Below, piece after piece: positions 7,109 through 16,499 of a stretch of DNA of 64,000 nt. Numbering within the stretch: position 1 is the stretch's first letter; every line of letters starts with the position of its first letter. A program made the translations under genes and the position numbers. The stretch lies in sequence record NC_048182.1; one strand, written 5' to 3'. Below the pieces are notes generated by a model that ran no database searches, was not told where the DNA came from, and was given only the letters and a program-made list of their open reading frames with translations.

Positions 7109-10100
7109 TTAAATAAACTCAATATTGAAACGGTTGGTTGGAATACCAGTGGTGTTCGCAACTACTGTCGTATTGAATTCGATAGGAAGTACGTAGTCAT
7201 TACCGTTGTAGTGTACATTAACGTTCACTTTAACCAATAATGTTACATCCTCCAAAGAATCGGCAGAGATCGCTTTAATACCCCATACACCTTCACTGAT
7301 AGCATTGAACTCCAGGTTAGAGGAGATATCATTGTTCAGTGTGAGTGAAGCGTCAGATGTAATATCTGTATCGCCAACCATGACTTTAAAGGCTATTGGT
7401 TTTTGTTCCCAAAGCTGTAAAGACATTGCTGTGGTTTGTTCGGTAACTGCCGGAGCAGCGGCTTCTTCCGCATTCAATTTAAAGCTAAACGGTACAGCAC
7501 TCCAAGTGATGTCATTAACAACAGGTGAGATTTCTGCGTTAACAGTGACCTCGCCTACATTACCATCACCCACTACGGTAAGATCAAAGATACCGTCAGC
7601 GTTATAGACTGTTGACACTGTTACAGCTTTAGCAGGACCTTCTACTGAAACAATGCGAAGATTACCCGCCTCTGGAGCATTAGGGGTTAAGTACTTATCT
7701 CTGGTCAGCGTCAGAGTGACAGGGGTAACCGCATCCAAGGTAGAATCAATCGTGTCAACAGAGAGTGCTGACTTGATTGGAGACCCTGGGTTAGTGAAGA
7801 CCATGTCAGTCAGTTTGTAACTGTCAGTACTACCAGGTACGGCCACAGTAAGCGATATCGTAAATGTACCAGCGGTTTGACCGAGGTTCATTGAGAGACG
7901 ATATTCACCAGGTGTGGTTGCACTGTTATTGGTAAGTGTGTTACTGTACCCAGCCAGCACAGAGCGCCATTTTGGATTTTCAGTAACATCCAGGCTCACT
8001 TTGGTTGCGTTGGTAATTGGATTACCTTCACCGTCTTTCAGCGTAAACAGAATGAGATTGTTTTGCGCTGCAACAACAATAGTGGTATCCTGAGTCACAT
8101 TAATGACATAGTCAACACCAATTTGCGTAATACTGATTGTACCTGTCGTATCCAAGCTCGGAGATACAGAGTTATAAATACGAACAGTTTGATCACCTGT
8201 CACATCAGAAGCGATCTGTCCTACGAAGCGAAGTTTGAAACCTCTTTCCGTTACAGAACCAGGAACAACTTCAACACGTCCGCCTGTAGTTTCAATAACC
8301 ACATTTGGATCGCTAAGATCGACCACACTTCCGCTGTTAACAACAGAACAAGAAACCGCCAACTCATCCCCATACGTACCTGACAGAGTTCCTGTCATTG
8401 CGGAGATAACATAGGACGGCGCACTGGTCTGATAAATCGCAAATGGAACATCAATCGTTGCAGAGTTAATTCCTGGAAGATTTCCACTAGAGCCGGTGAG
8501 CAATACTGGAACCTTAATAACCCCACCACCTTCATATCCAGAAGTTGTTGCTTTAGCACTATAACTCAACGCTAAACCAGAACCACTTGGAAGAGTGACA
8601 CTGAGATTAGGAACAGTTGCTGGTGACCCATAGGCTTGAATCGTTGTCGGTTCGCCTCTGAACACACCCACAATTTTAAACCCACGGTCTGTGTTTGTTC
8701 CTGCGTCTGGATTGTTGGAAACCATCAAAATTCCATCAACTACACCAGCAAAAGGATTTTCCAAGTATGGTGTAAACTCAGCACCATTATAGTCGGCAAT
8801 GATGAACGTACCAGAACCAGTACGGACCAAAGCTTCATCGTTAAGACGATAAGTAAACTCAGTTAACACTTGAATGGAACTGATTGCTGCGTTAGCGACA
8901 ATCTGCCACACTGAAGATGCTTTCTGAATCACGTACGTGTTAGCGGTGACTTCAAGGTCTGTAATCAGGTTAGTAACATCCTCCGTTCCTGCTTTCAGTG
9001 TAAATGGAACACCAGTACCGATATCCCAAACTTTAACGTTAATAGGAGAATCGGTCAATACAAGGTCTCGAGCCGTAGCAGTGAACTTGATTGGCTGAGC
9101 GAAGGTAGTGGTAGCAAACAACCCATCGGTGTATTCATACGTCACGGTGATATTGGAACTATAATCACCGGTCGGGTTTGTGTTAGCCAGAATGATCTTG
9201 TAATCAAAACCACTTGCTGTTTTGGTAACTTGAATACCGCTATCAGCAGTGATCGTAACTTTAGGGTCATTCGTAGGGGTGATATCTCCACCGTATGTCA
9301 GCGTCATTGGCATTGAACCAGTGTCGTTAAACTTGCCAACAATATTACTGGTTTGACTCGCCACCAATGGAAGCTTAGGATGAAGTGGTTGCTGGATAAA
9401 CGTCAGTGTAACCACAGTTGTTTTAGCGACGGTATTCAACAAACGTACGCTATAAGCTATGGTTGTCGTGGTTTCTTCTTGAACGTCAGCGCTGAACTCA
9501 TACTGCATGAGTCTAGGTGCAATCGGTTTAAGAACCCCAAGTACTGATGATGCAGCGGCATTCGGGATAAAGTTGATAAAGTTTGGCGACACGTTTGGTC
9601 TGTTTAATTGGACCGCACTTCCTCGGTCAGCTAAGTTAAGCGTATGTGTAAACACATCACCGAACTTACCGGTAAATGTCGTTGGACTGGATACGATTAC
9701 CTGAGCAGGGGTCTCCAACGTTGTGCTGTAGTAGAACACAGGAATAACAAATGTCGCTGTATTCTTACCCACTACTTCTGCGTCGGTACCGTATTTCAAC
9801 TTGATACTTAAGTTATTAAACTGTACGGCATTGTTACTGTGTTTAAAGGCATAAGTCCATTTACCATCAGTAGCCATTGCACTACTCTGGCTATTGAACC
9901 CTGAGGTTAATCCAGAGAACGTTGCCGTTGTAACAACTCGGTCACCACGATAATAACCATACACTTGAGCACTACAAATGTTGTTAACATTGTTGTTCTT
10001 AACAGCAACTAGACCATCATAGTCAGTGTTGTAGGCTACAGGAACAATCCAGAATTCAGACCCATCATCTTTATCAATTGTTATGTTGATTGTCTTATTA

Positions 10101-13100
10101 ACGGTATAATCACGAACACCATTATTTACAACAACCACAAATTCAACTTGAGTAGCGACAGGACCAGTTACCCCACCTTTCTTACATTGCCAGACATTGT
10201 TAAGCGAATCGGTAGAGATTGCGTCAATGTAGTCGTTAGTAGTTACCTGAACATTTTTAACTGTTCCGGTTAGCCCGTTTACTGTAACACCAAATGGAAG
10301 AGTACCTTTACCCCAGTTACGGGTATTGATATCCGTTACATCTGTAAACGCGACCACATCAGCATTGGTTCCATCCCCAGCGATTGTAAAGATCTGGGTG
10401 TACTCCATGGTGTAAGTAACACCGTTAGCTAGGTAAGAGTACTTAATCTTAACCGGAACATCCACTGCGTCAGAACCATGGTTAGCTGCATTGATTACCG
10501 CATTCCAGCTATTAACAAGTCTCGTTCCTGGTGTGATAATCCCACTTGGTGAAGTAGTGATTGTAAGCCCACCTGAATATGTTGGTAGAGCGCTATCGTC
10601 TCTATAAACAAAATCTGCTGGGACTATAATAGAATCACCCTTAGCACCTGCGATTGGACCTGGTTGAGTGCCCGATGTGAAACGAATATCGGCATCCCAA
10701 ATCCAAACATCGATCTCATAGGTTTGCCAGTTCTTATCCTTAGTTCCCACAGGCCAAAGGTTATAGTTAGTGCCTTTGTAATTGACAGCGGCATTGAACT
10801 TAAATTTACCCGCTTTAAGACCTTTAAATGTAACGTAAGGTCTATTAGCCGGTGAACTGGTGGCATCAGAAACCCATTGAACAACACCCTGTGACTGTGC
10901 AAGGATGTATGCCGCATCGGACCCCCAGGTTCCTGCCTGATAGACACTGACTTTACGGAATGCCTGATCGACAGTTACTGCTACCGAATCTCCAACTAAA
11001 CCGTAAACCGTGCTCGCGCCAGCAGGGGTGGCTGTATATTCAACACCATCCCAAGGGCTGACATTGATTGTGGCCATGTGGGTGTGGTTTTCAGCAACAC
11101 CGTCGATAGTGACTACAAAGTCAAACTGAACTTGGTAAACACCACCCTCTAAAGGAATGGTCGGTTCAGGACGCCATATGTTTCCGTTGTTACCATAAAT
11201 GAACGTGTTACCGGTAATTTTAACGCTGCTAGGAGTAAGAAGTTCACCCGACGCATTACCGACGTAGCATTCAAACGGAATCACTGTGGAAGATTGCATT
11301 ACAGTGCCAGTGGTTGGAATGTCTTTGATATAGAGCTTACTCACATCAACAGTTTGGAATGTTAATGGTTCTAAATCGTAGACGATACCGCTCTTACCGG
11401 TTTCGTAGAACTTACCAGTTAGCGTAGTATCCCCACCGCTACCAGAAATGGAGCTATTCCCAACTTTCCATGCGTTATCTGAAACTAAGGTAGCATTGGA
11501 CATTGTGGTTTGAGCACCACCTGTCAATGCAATCGAGTTAAAGACCCCAAGCATGGGAACAGTACCTTCATAATGAGGGATATCGACAGTAAAGATAAGA
11601 TCAGTTTTAGTTGTCCCTTTAACTTCAAATCGAGTAGCACCAACTAATTTAACAATACCTTTTGCTTTCTTAACTGTCACGGCGACTGGGGAAGCTGGCG
11701 CTGGAGCAGCAAGGATAACATCTGGAGTTGACGCATTAGCAATTGCACCTATTACAGTGAAACTATCACCACTATGCCCAACTCCAACATTGACCGTCCA
11801 AACTCCATCACTACCCATCACTGCGGTGTAACCTTTAGGTTCTGCTACAACTGCATTACCTATGGCTGGAGTAATAGTCGTTTTAAGTCCTTTAACCACC
11901 TTATCCAACAGAACGACACTCTTCCCTTTTTCACTGATCGTAAACTTGAATTGGCGATTACCAGCCGCATCAAGAGTCTGACCAGAAACAGGAACGATGT
12001 TGTACCAGGTAAGCGGGGCGTAGCCAGAACTAAACTCAACGTAGATTGCCGCAGCTGTTGACGTGCTGCCATTATAGGTCGCATTAATGTTGTTAAACGC
12101 ACCGACGTTATTCGCAATGGAGGTACAGAACAGATACATCGAAGTCTGATCAACACCTAAATTACTCATGAACAGCGAAACGTTACCAGCCAATATGTTA
12201 TACGTGATACCTGGATCATCAGTAGGGATAATTACTTTATCAGAACGAATTTCCAGAATAGCACGGAACGCAGAGTTGGGACCCACTTTAGGATAAGGGG
12301 TCTGGTTACTCAAGTTATAAATGGACGTACCGCCAGTGCGGTAAGTTCTCATTCTAACCGCATGGGTTACCTGGGTGACATCTTCAATGTTGTTAGCTTG
12401 ACCATTAAGGAACTCTGGTTTCAGCGTGTAAACAATCGTTGAATTCTGATTGTGGTTGGTTGCGTTGCCGGTAGGACCATTAGTGTTAATGGTGTAACCC
12501 GCATTGCTTTCTACAGGACCACCTGCAACAATAGTCATGCTTGGACTGTTGGTTTGAGTGCTGTATACAACCTTATCACCAGCAGGCTTGCCACGGAAGA
12601 TAGGATAAAGAGTGTAAGTGTTGATTACCGGAGATGCTCCGATTGCACCTAACACAGTTTTCTTATCTGTATCGGAATAGTTGTATCCGATCTTCAACAT
12701 TTTACCATCCCAAGCAGGGAGAGTAAACGTTGCTTCGTAAGTGAGCACTTCATCATTACCATTAGAGGTAACAGTGAACTGATACATTACTTTAGTTGTA
12801 CCGCCTGCGGTTGGACCTGACCAAATTTCCCAATCACTTCCACCATGAGTGATAACATACTGATTAGGAGTGATGGTAACATCTTTAACTGTTGAAGTAA
12901 TATCCCCAGTCGTATCGTTAACCGTAAATGGTAAACGAGTATCCCGTTCAAACATCGCCACGTTAAATGGAGAAATACCTACAACGTGAACGACACTATT
13001 ATTAACAGTGGTGACGTTACCTGAGAAACTGTATTCGACGGTAGAACCTGGTTCGGTAAAGATGCCAGAAATAGCAACAGTTCCGAATGACGGACTGATT

Positions 13101-16100
13101 GTCACAGGGACTTTGAATTTATTCCCGCCAACATGACTAACAGAACCATTAATATCTGCCCCACCTGCAACACTGATCGACTTAAACACAATTGCAGACA
13201 GATCCGCAGGGGTCTGTTTGTAATGCATCATCGCCAATGAGAACTCGATATCGAGATGTTGCCCACCCACTGCTGGGATATCAGTAGCTGATGGTGTAAA
13301 CGTTACAGTAGACCTAGGAACTGGAATTGTAACAGTAACACGGGACCAACGGCCACTCATTCCGGCATCTGTGATTCGACCATCCAGTTGGATTGAATCT
13401 CCAGTATGTCCTGCTGCAAAATCCAGGATAACTTTATTCTGATCGGCAGGATCTTTGATATACGACCACGGTGAGTCTGGAACTATTGCAGAACCGTTAC
13501 CTGGAATAGGTATCACTTTAACAATAAAGGCTGTTGGGTTGGTTAATGTTCTTCCACTTTGCAAGAATGTAAAATGAAGTTCATTATCATCAGCAGAAAC
13601 AGCCGACGCGTCCAATCCACCCAAAGTGGTAGGTGCCACACTTCCAGTGCCCGAATATCTTATCCAGAAATTCCCGTCAGTACTTGTGCCGTCATTTTTA
13701 GGTTCAAACTTATACGCGGAGTTTTTAGTCCAGTAAGCGGTCAGAACGTTGTGGTATCCGGTAGAGGAATAAGCCGCACTGATCTGTGAATAGATCGTTG
13801 TGCCTTGACCATACACCATAGATTGAGCAACGTTATTTGGGGCGCTGGTACTAAACCCAGTTCGAGAATAAAAATACATTTCTTCCAATGGAATACGAAC
13901 ACCATTGGCTACGGCATAGATCACAGACATGGCAGCGCCAGCTGTTGCATCAGCTCGATAGTGAGTTACCTCACCAGTTAAACCATACAACCCACCCGCG
14001 TAACCATAGAGACTTAAGAAGTCGCCGTTGAAATAGCCTTTTTGCGCTGGTTGAGTAACATAGTCAACATTGGCTGTAGTTCCTGGCGAACCGGTCAACG
14101 TAAACTTCATTCCTGTAATTGGAATAGTAGACCCTTGCCATTGGTTCAGCTTACCGGCATTGGGGTGACTTTTCCCCATGAAAGTAATTTTCAGTTTGGT
14201 GTTATCTTCGGAAGGAGTTTGGCTAACAATGGTCATCCATGTTGCCACAGAAGCTGGATCCATTAAGACCTTATCAGCCGCTGCTTTACCACGGTAAACA
14301 ACTTCCACTTCGAATTCACGATTAGTCACAAGAGAGCCAAACAGGAGATCATCTTGTTTGGTGACCTTTAACATCAAACCGTCCCAAGCACCAATGTTAA
14401 ATGTTGCAACATACGAGTGCTCTTCTAGTTCACCATTATAACCAGGAACTTTGAATGTATAGGTGATTTTCTCGGCAACGCCTGCGGTTGGAGCAGTCCA
14501 GATTTCCCAGTTAGTGCCACCAGAAGTAATAATGTTAGTTGTCGGAGTAATAACCACATCGGTCATCTGACTCGTGACATCCACACCTTCTACTTTTACC
14601 TGGAATGGGATATCGGTTCCTTGTTGGAATACGTTTACATTTAACGGAGCATCAATATACTCTACATCAGTCACACGGTTAAATTGAACAGCAAACTCAA
14701 CCGGATAGGTTACAGCAGTACCTGATTCATTAACGCTGACTGTACCAGTAATCGTTGCTGTACCAGTAACTGCCGTTGGTGTGACCAGTGCTTCATAAAG
14801 ACCATTACCTTTATTGGTAATCGTCCCAACAGCGGTACCCTCTCCAGTGATAACCATATCACTAAAGGTAGCTGTGGTGACATCAGTCAGAACGTTATCA
14901 AACTGAAGTTGCTTCAGTGTGAACTGTACAGGAACTGGTTCTGTTTTAGAAACAGAGACTTCGCCGGTAGTCACACCCACCATTGGAGCTTTAGGGACAA
15001 CGATCTGGACATTACGTAAACCAAGGATATCACCGGCTGGAGTCTTAAACGCCCCAGACAGCATAATCCCGGTACCAGTATGACCGTTATCCGTACTCAG
15101 CGTCAACGTACCCACTGCTGGGCTATCGCTGATAGCGATATCATCGTAATACTTAATCAGCGCTTTCGGACCGTTAGAAACGATTGAGGGCTTCCCTACA
15201 AGGGTAAGTCCTGGAATCTCTTCTTCAGTATCAACACGACAAACAAGCACGGAAATATCGTTATGGGTAGACGGAGTGATTTCAGACGTTTGAATTGGGA
15301 CGAGGGTTAGGTTCTCACCAACTTCAGTGGTGTAAGATGAGGTCATTAATGACCAACCTGCATACCCAGGAGAATCAATATACGTTACCGCGTTAACAAA
15401 ACTTCCAACGGTTTCAAATAAGTTCTGCATCCAAATCCCATCGGTATCAAACCCAAGGATTGCCCGTGATGCTTGTGAAGAACCGGTGATGACTAAACGT
15501 GGATCCTGAGGGGTAATGATTTCATGACCAAGACGAATCTGGGTGATTGGGAACTTGTACGTTTGATAGTACTTGGTATCCGTTCTAGCAGGAGCGCCAG
15601 TTACAGTAATCGCTTTAGCCCAGATTTTAATGTAAAACCACATAACAAAGGAAGTTGGAGTTCCGGTGGTGATTCCATCTTTATAGAAAATGATGCGATT
15701 ATAAATCGCATCATTTACTGTCGTTCCGGTAATGGTTACAACCAACAGTTCTTTTTCAAGATCGTCCGATTGACTATTGATAGTTACTCTGATGTTTGCG
15801 CCAGTAGTAGGGGAGATCTTTGTTCCAGGGGAGAACCGTCCCTGGTAAGTAGGTTTAAAATAAAGTTTGCTTGGTGTGTTAAGTGTGCCTTCAGCGGTCC
15901 CCACTAACACTACTTTATAATCAATACCGTCGTATTGAGCGATATTGAAAATGACCTGTCCTTTACAATGATAAACAACACCACCATGTTCAACATCGAA
16001 AGTAAAATCGACAGTAGAATTCATGGATTGGGTTTTGTTACCGTTAACGACACGCCATTTGGTATTATCGGTTATAGTTATGTACTCGTTTGAGATCATA

Positions 16101-16483
16101 ACCACATTGGTAATTGAAGCCGTAATGTCTTCAGCGGGATCAGTTCCCAAGAACATAACTTTAAACGGTATGTCGCCCCACGTTCCTTCATCCCAAACTT
16201 TAACTGATTTGGTTGGCCATGAGACCTGAATTTTTGGATCGTTCACAACGTGAGAGAGGGTAACTGGCATAACCAGTTTGTGAAGCTTTTTGTAAACGAA
16301 TGTCAGGTTCAGCGTATACGTGGAATCCTGGGTGATATCACCCAGGAATTTGTACGTAATAGAATCCTCTTGGATGGTATCGATTTGGACGCTCGGGTGA
16401 GCGTCCAGTGTGATAACCATATCCTTATCGAGGTTGCTGATTGCCTGACCATCTATAGCAAGTTGTTGCTTCAGAGTGGTCAT
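7109..16483 (-). CDS. Giant Ig-like repeat protein, putative virion fibre (3124 aa)
   Basis: Thr/Gly/Val-rich beta sequence; about 7 copies of the V(W/F)x2G..PF.V...D(I/V)T..W...FNI..(W/Y)DG module; several GH(T/S)G modules. Confidence 0.8.
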   Translation of the reverse strand: MTTLKQQLAIDGQAISNLDKDMVITLDAHPSVQIDTIQEDSITYKFLGDITQDSTYTLNLTFVYKKLHKLVMPVTLSHVVNDPKIQVSWPTKSVKVWDEGTWGDIPFKVMFLGTDPAEDITASITNVVMISNEYITITDNTKWRVVNGNKTQSMNSTVDFTFDVEHGGVVYHCKGQVIFNIAQYDGIDYKVVLVGTAEGTLNTPSKLYFKPTYQGRFSPGTKISPTTGANIRVTINSQSDDLEKELLVVTITGTTVNDAIYNRIIFYKDGITTGTPTSFVMWFYIKIWAKAITVTGAPARTDTKYYQTYKFPITQIRLGHEIITPQDPRLVITGSSQASRAILGFDTDGIWMQNLFETVGSFVNAVTYIDSPGYAGWSLMTSSYTTEVGENLTLVPIQTSEITPSTHNDISVLVCRVDTEEEIPGLTLVGKPSIVSNGPKALIKYYDDIAISDSPAVGTLTLSTDNGHTGTGIMLSGAFKTPAGDILGLRNVQIVVPKAPMVGVTTGEVSVSKTEPVPVQFTLKQLQFDNVLTDVTTATFSDMVITGEGTAVGTITNKGNGLYEALVTPTAVTGTATITGTVSVNESGTAVTYPVEFAVQFNRVTDVEYIDAPLNVNVFQQGTDIPFQVKVEGVDVTSQMTDVVITPTTNIITSGGTNWEIWTAPTAGVAEKITYTFKVPGYNGELEEHSYVATFNIGAWDGLMLKVTKQDDLLFGSLVTNREFEVEVVYRGKAAADKVLMDPASVATWMTIVSQTPSEDNTKLKITFMGKSHPNAGKLNQWQGSTIPITGMKFTLTGSPGTTANVDYVTQPAQKGYFNGDFLSLYGYAGGLYGLTGEVTHYRADATAGAAMSVIYAVANGVRIPLEEMYFYSRTGFSTSAPNNVAQSMVYGQGTTIYSQISAAYSSTGYHNVLTAYWTKNSAYKFEPKNDGTSTDGNFWIRYSGTGSVAPTTLGGLDASAVSADDNELHFTFLQSGRTLTNPTAFIVKVIPIPGNGSAIVPDSPWSYIKDPADQNKVILDFAAGHTGDSIQLDGRITDAGMSGRWSRVTVTIPVPRSTVTFTPSATDIPAVGGQHLDIEFSLAMMHYKQTPADLSAIVFKSISVAGGADINGSVSHVGGNKFKVPVTISPSFGTVAISGIFTEPGSTVEYSFSGNVTTVNNSVVHVVGISPFNVAMFERDTRLPFTVNDTTGDITSTVKDVTITPNQYVITHGGSDWEIWSGPTAGGTTKVMYQFTVTSNGNDEVLTYEATFTLPAWDGKMLKIGYNYSDTDKKTVLGAIGASPVINTYTLYPIFRGKPAGDKVVYSTQTNSPSMTIVAGGPVESNAGYTINTNGPTGNATNHNQNSTIVYTLKPEFLNGQANNIEDVTQVTHAVRMRTYRTGGTSIYNLSNQTPYPKVGPNSAFRAILEIRSDKVIIPTDDPGITYNILAGNVSLFMSNLGVDQTSMYLFCTSIANNVGAFNNINATYNGSTSTAAAIYVEFSSGYAPLTWYNIVPVSGQTLDAAGNRQFKFTISEKGKSVVLLDKVVKGLKTTITPAIGNAVVAEPKGYTAVMGSDGVWTVNVGVGHSGDSFTVIGAIANASTPDVILAAPAPASPVAVTVKKAKGIVKLVGATRFEVKGTTKTDLIFTVDIPHYEGTVPMLGVFNSIALTGGAQTTMSNATLVSDNAWKVGNSSISGSGGDTTLTGKFYETGKSGIVYDLEPLTFQTVDVSKLYIKDIPTTGTVMQSSTVIPFECYVGNASGELLTPSSVKITGNTFIYGNNGNIWRPEPTIPLEGGVYQVQFDFVVTIDGVAENHTHMATINVSPWDGVEYTATPAGASTVYGLVGDSVAVTVDQAFRKVSVYQAGTWGSDAAYILAQSQGVVQWVSDATSSPANRPYVTFKGLKAGKFKFNAAVNYKGTNYNLWPVGTKDKNWQTYEIDVWIWDADIRFTSGTQPGPIAGAKGDSIIVPADFVYRDDSALPTYSGGLTITTSPSGIITPGTRLVNSWNAVINAANHGSDAVDVPVKIKYSYLANGVTYTMEYTQIFTIAGDGTNADVVAFTDVTDINTRNWGKGTLPFGVTVNGLTGTVKNVQVTTNDYIDAISTDSLNNVWQCKKGGVTGPVATQVEFVVVVNNGVRDYTVNKTINITIDKDDGSEFWIVPVAYNTDYDGLVAVKNNNVNNICSAQVYGYYRGDRVVTTATFSGLTSGFNSQSSAMATDGKWTYAFKHSNNAVQFNNLSIKLKYGTDAEVVGKNTATFVIPVFYYSTTLETPAQVIVSSPTTFTGKFGDVFTHTLNLADRGSAVQLNRPNVSPNFINFIPNAAASSVLGVLKPIAPRLMQYEFSADVQEETTTTIAYSVRLLNTVAKTTVVTLTFIQQPLHPKLPLVASQTSNIVGKFNDTGSMPMTLTYGGDITPTNDPKVTITADSGIQVTKTASGFDYKIILANTNPTGDYSSNITVTYEYTDGLFATTTFAQPIKFTATARDLVLTDSPINVKVWDIGTGVPFTLKAGTEDVTNLITDLEVTANTYVIQKASSVWQIVANAAISSIQVLTEFTYRLNDEALVRTGSGTFIIADYNGAEFTPYLENPFAGVVDGILMVSNNPDAGTNTDRGFKIVGVFRGEPTTIQAYGSPATVPNLSVTLPSGSGLALSYSAKATTSGYEGGGVIKVPVLLTGSSGNLPGINSATIDVPFAIYQTSAPSYVISAMTGTLSGTYGDELAVSCSVVNSGSVVDLSDPNVVIETTGGRVEVVPGSVTERGFKLRFVGQIASDVTGDQTVRIYNSVSPSLDTTGTISITQIGVDYVINVTQDTTIVVAAQNNLILFTLKDGEGNPITNATKVSLDVTENPKWRSVLAGYSNTLTNNSATTPGEYRLSMNLGQTAGTFTISLTVAVPGSTDSYKLTDMVFTNPGSPIKSALSVDTIDSTLDAVTPVTLTLTRDKYLTPNAPEAGNLRIVSVEGPAKAVTVSTVYNADGIFDLTVVGDGNVGEVTVNAEISPVVNDITWSAVPFSFKLNAEEAAAPAVTEQTTAMSLQLWEQKPIAFKVMVGDTDITSDASLTLNNDISSNLEFNAISEGVWGIKAISADSLEDVTLLVKVNVNVHYNGNDYVLPIEFNTTVVANTTGIPTNRFNIEFI

Positions 16484-16499
16484 GTAACCATTTCCTTTC

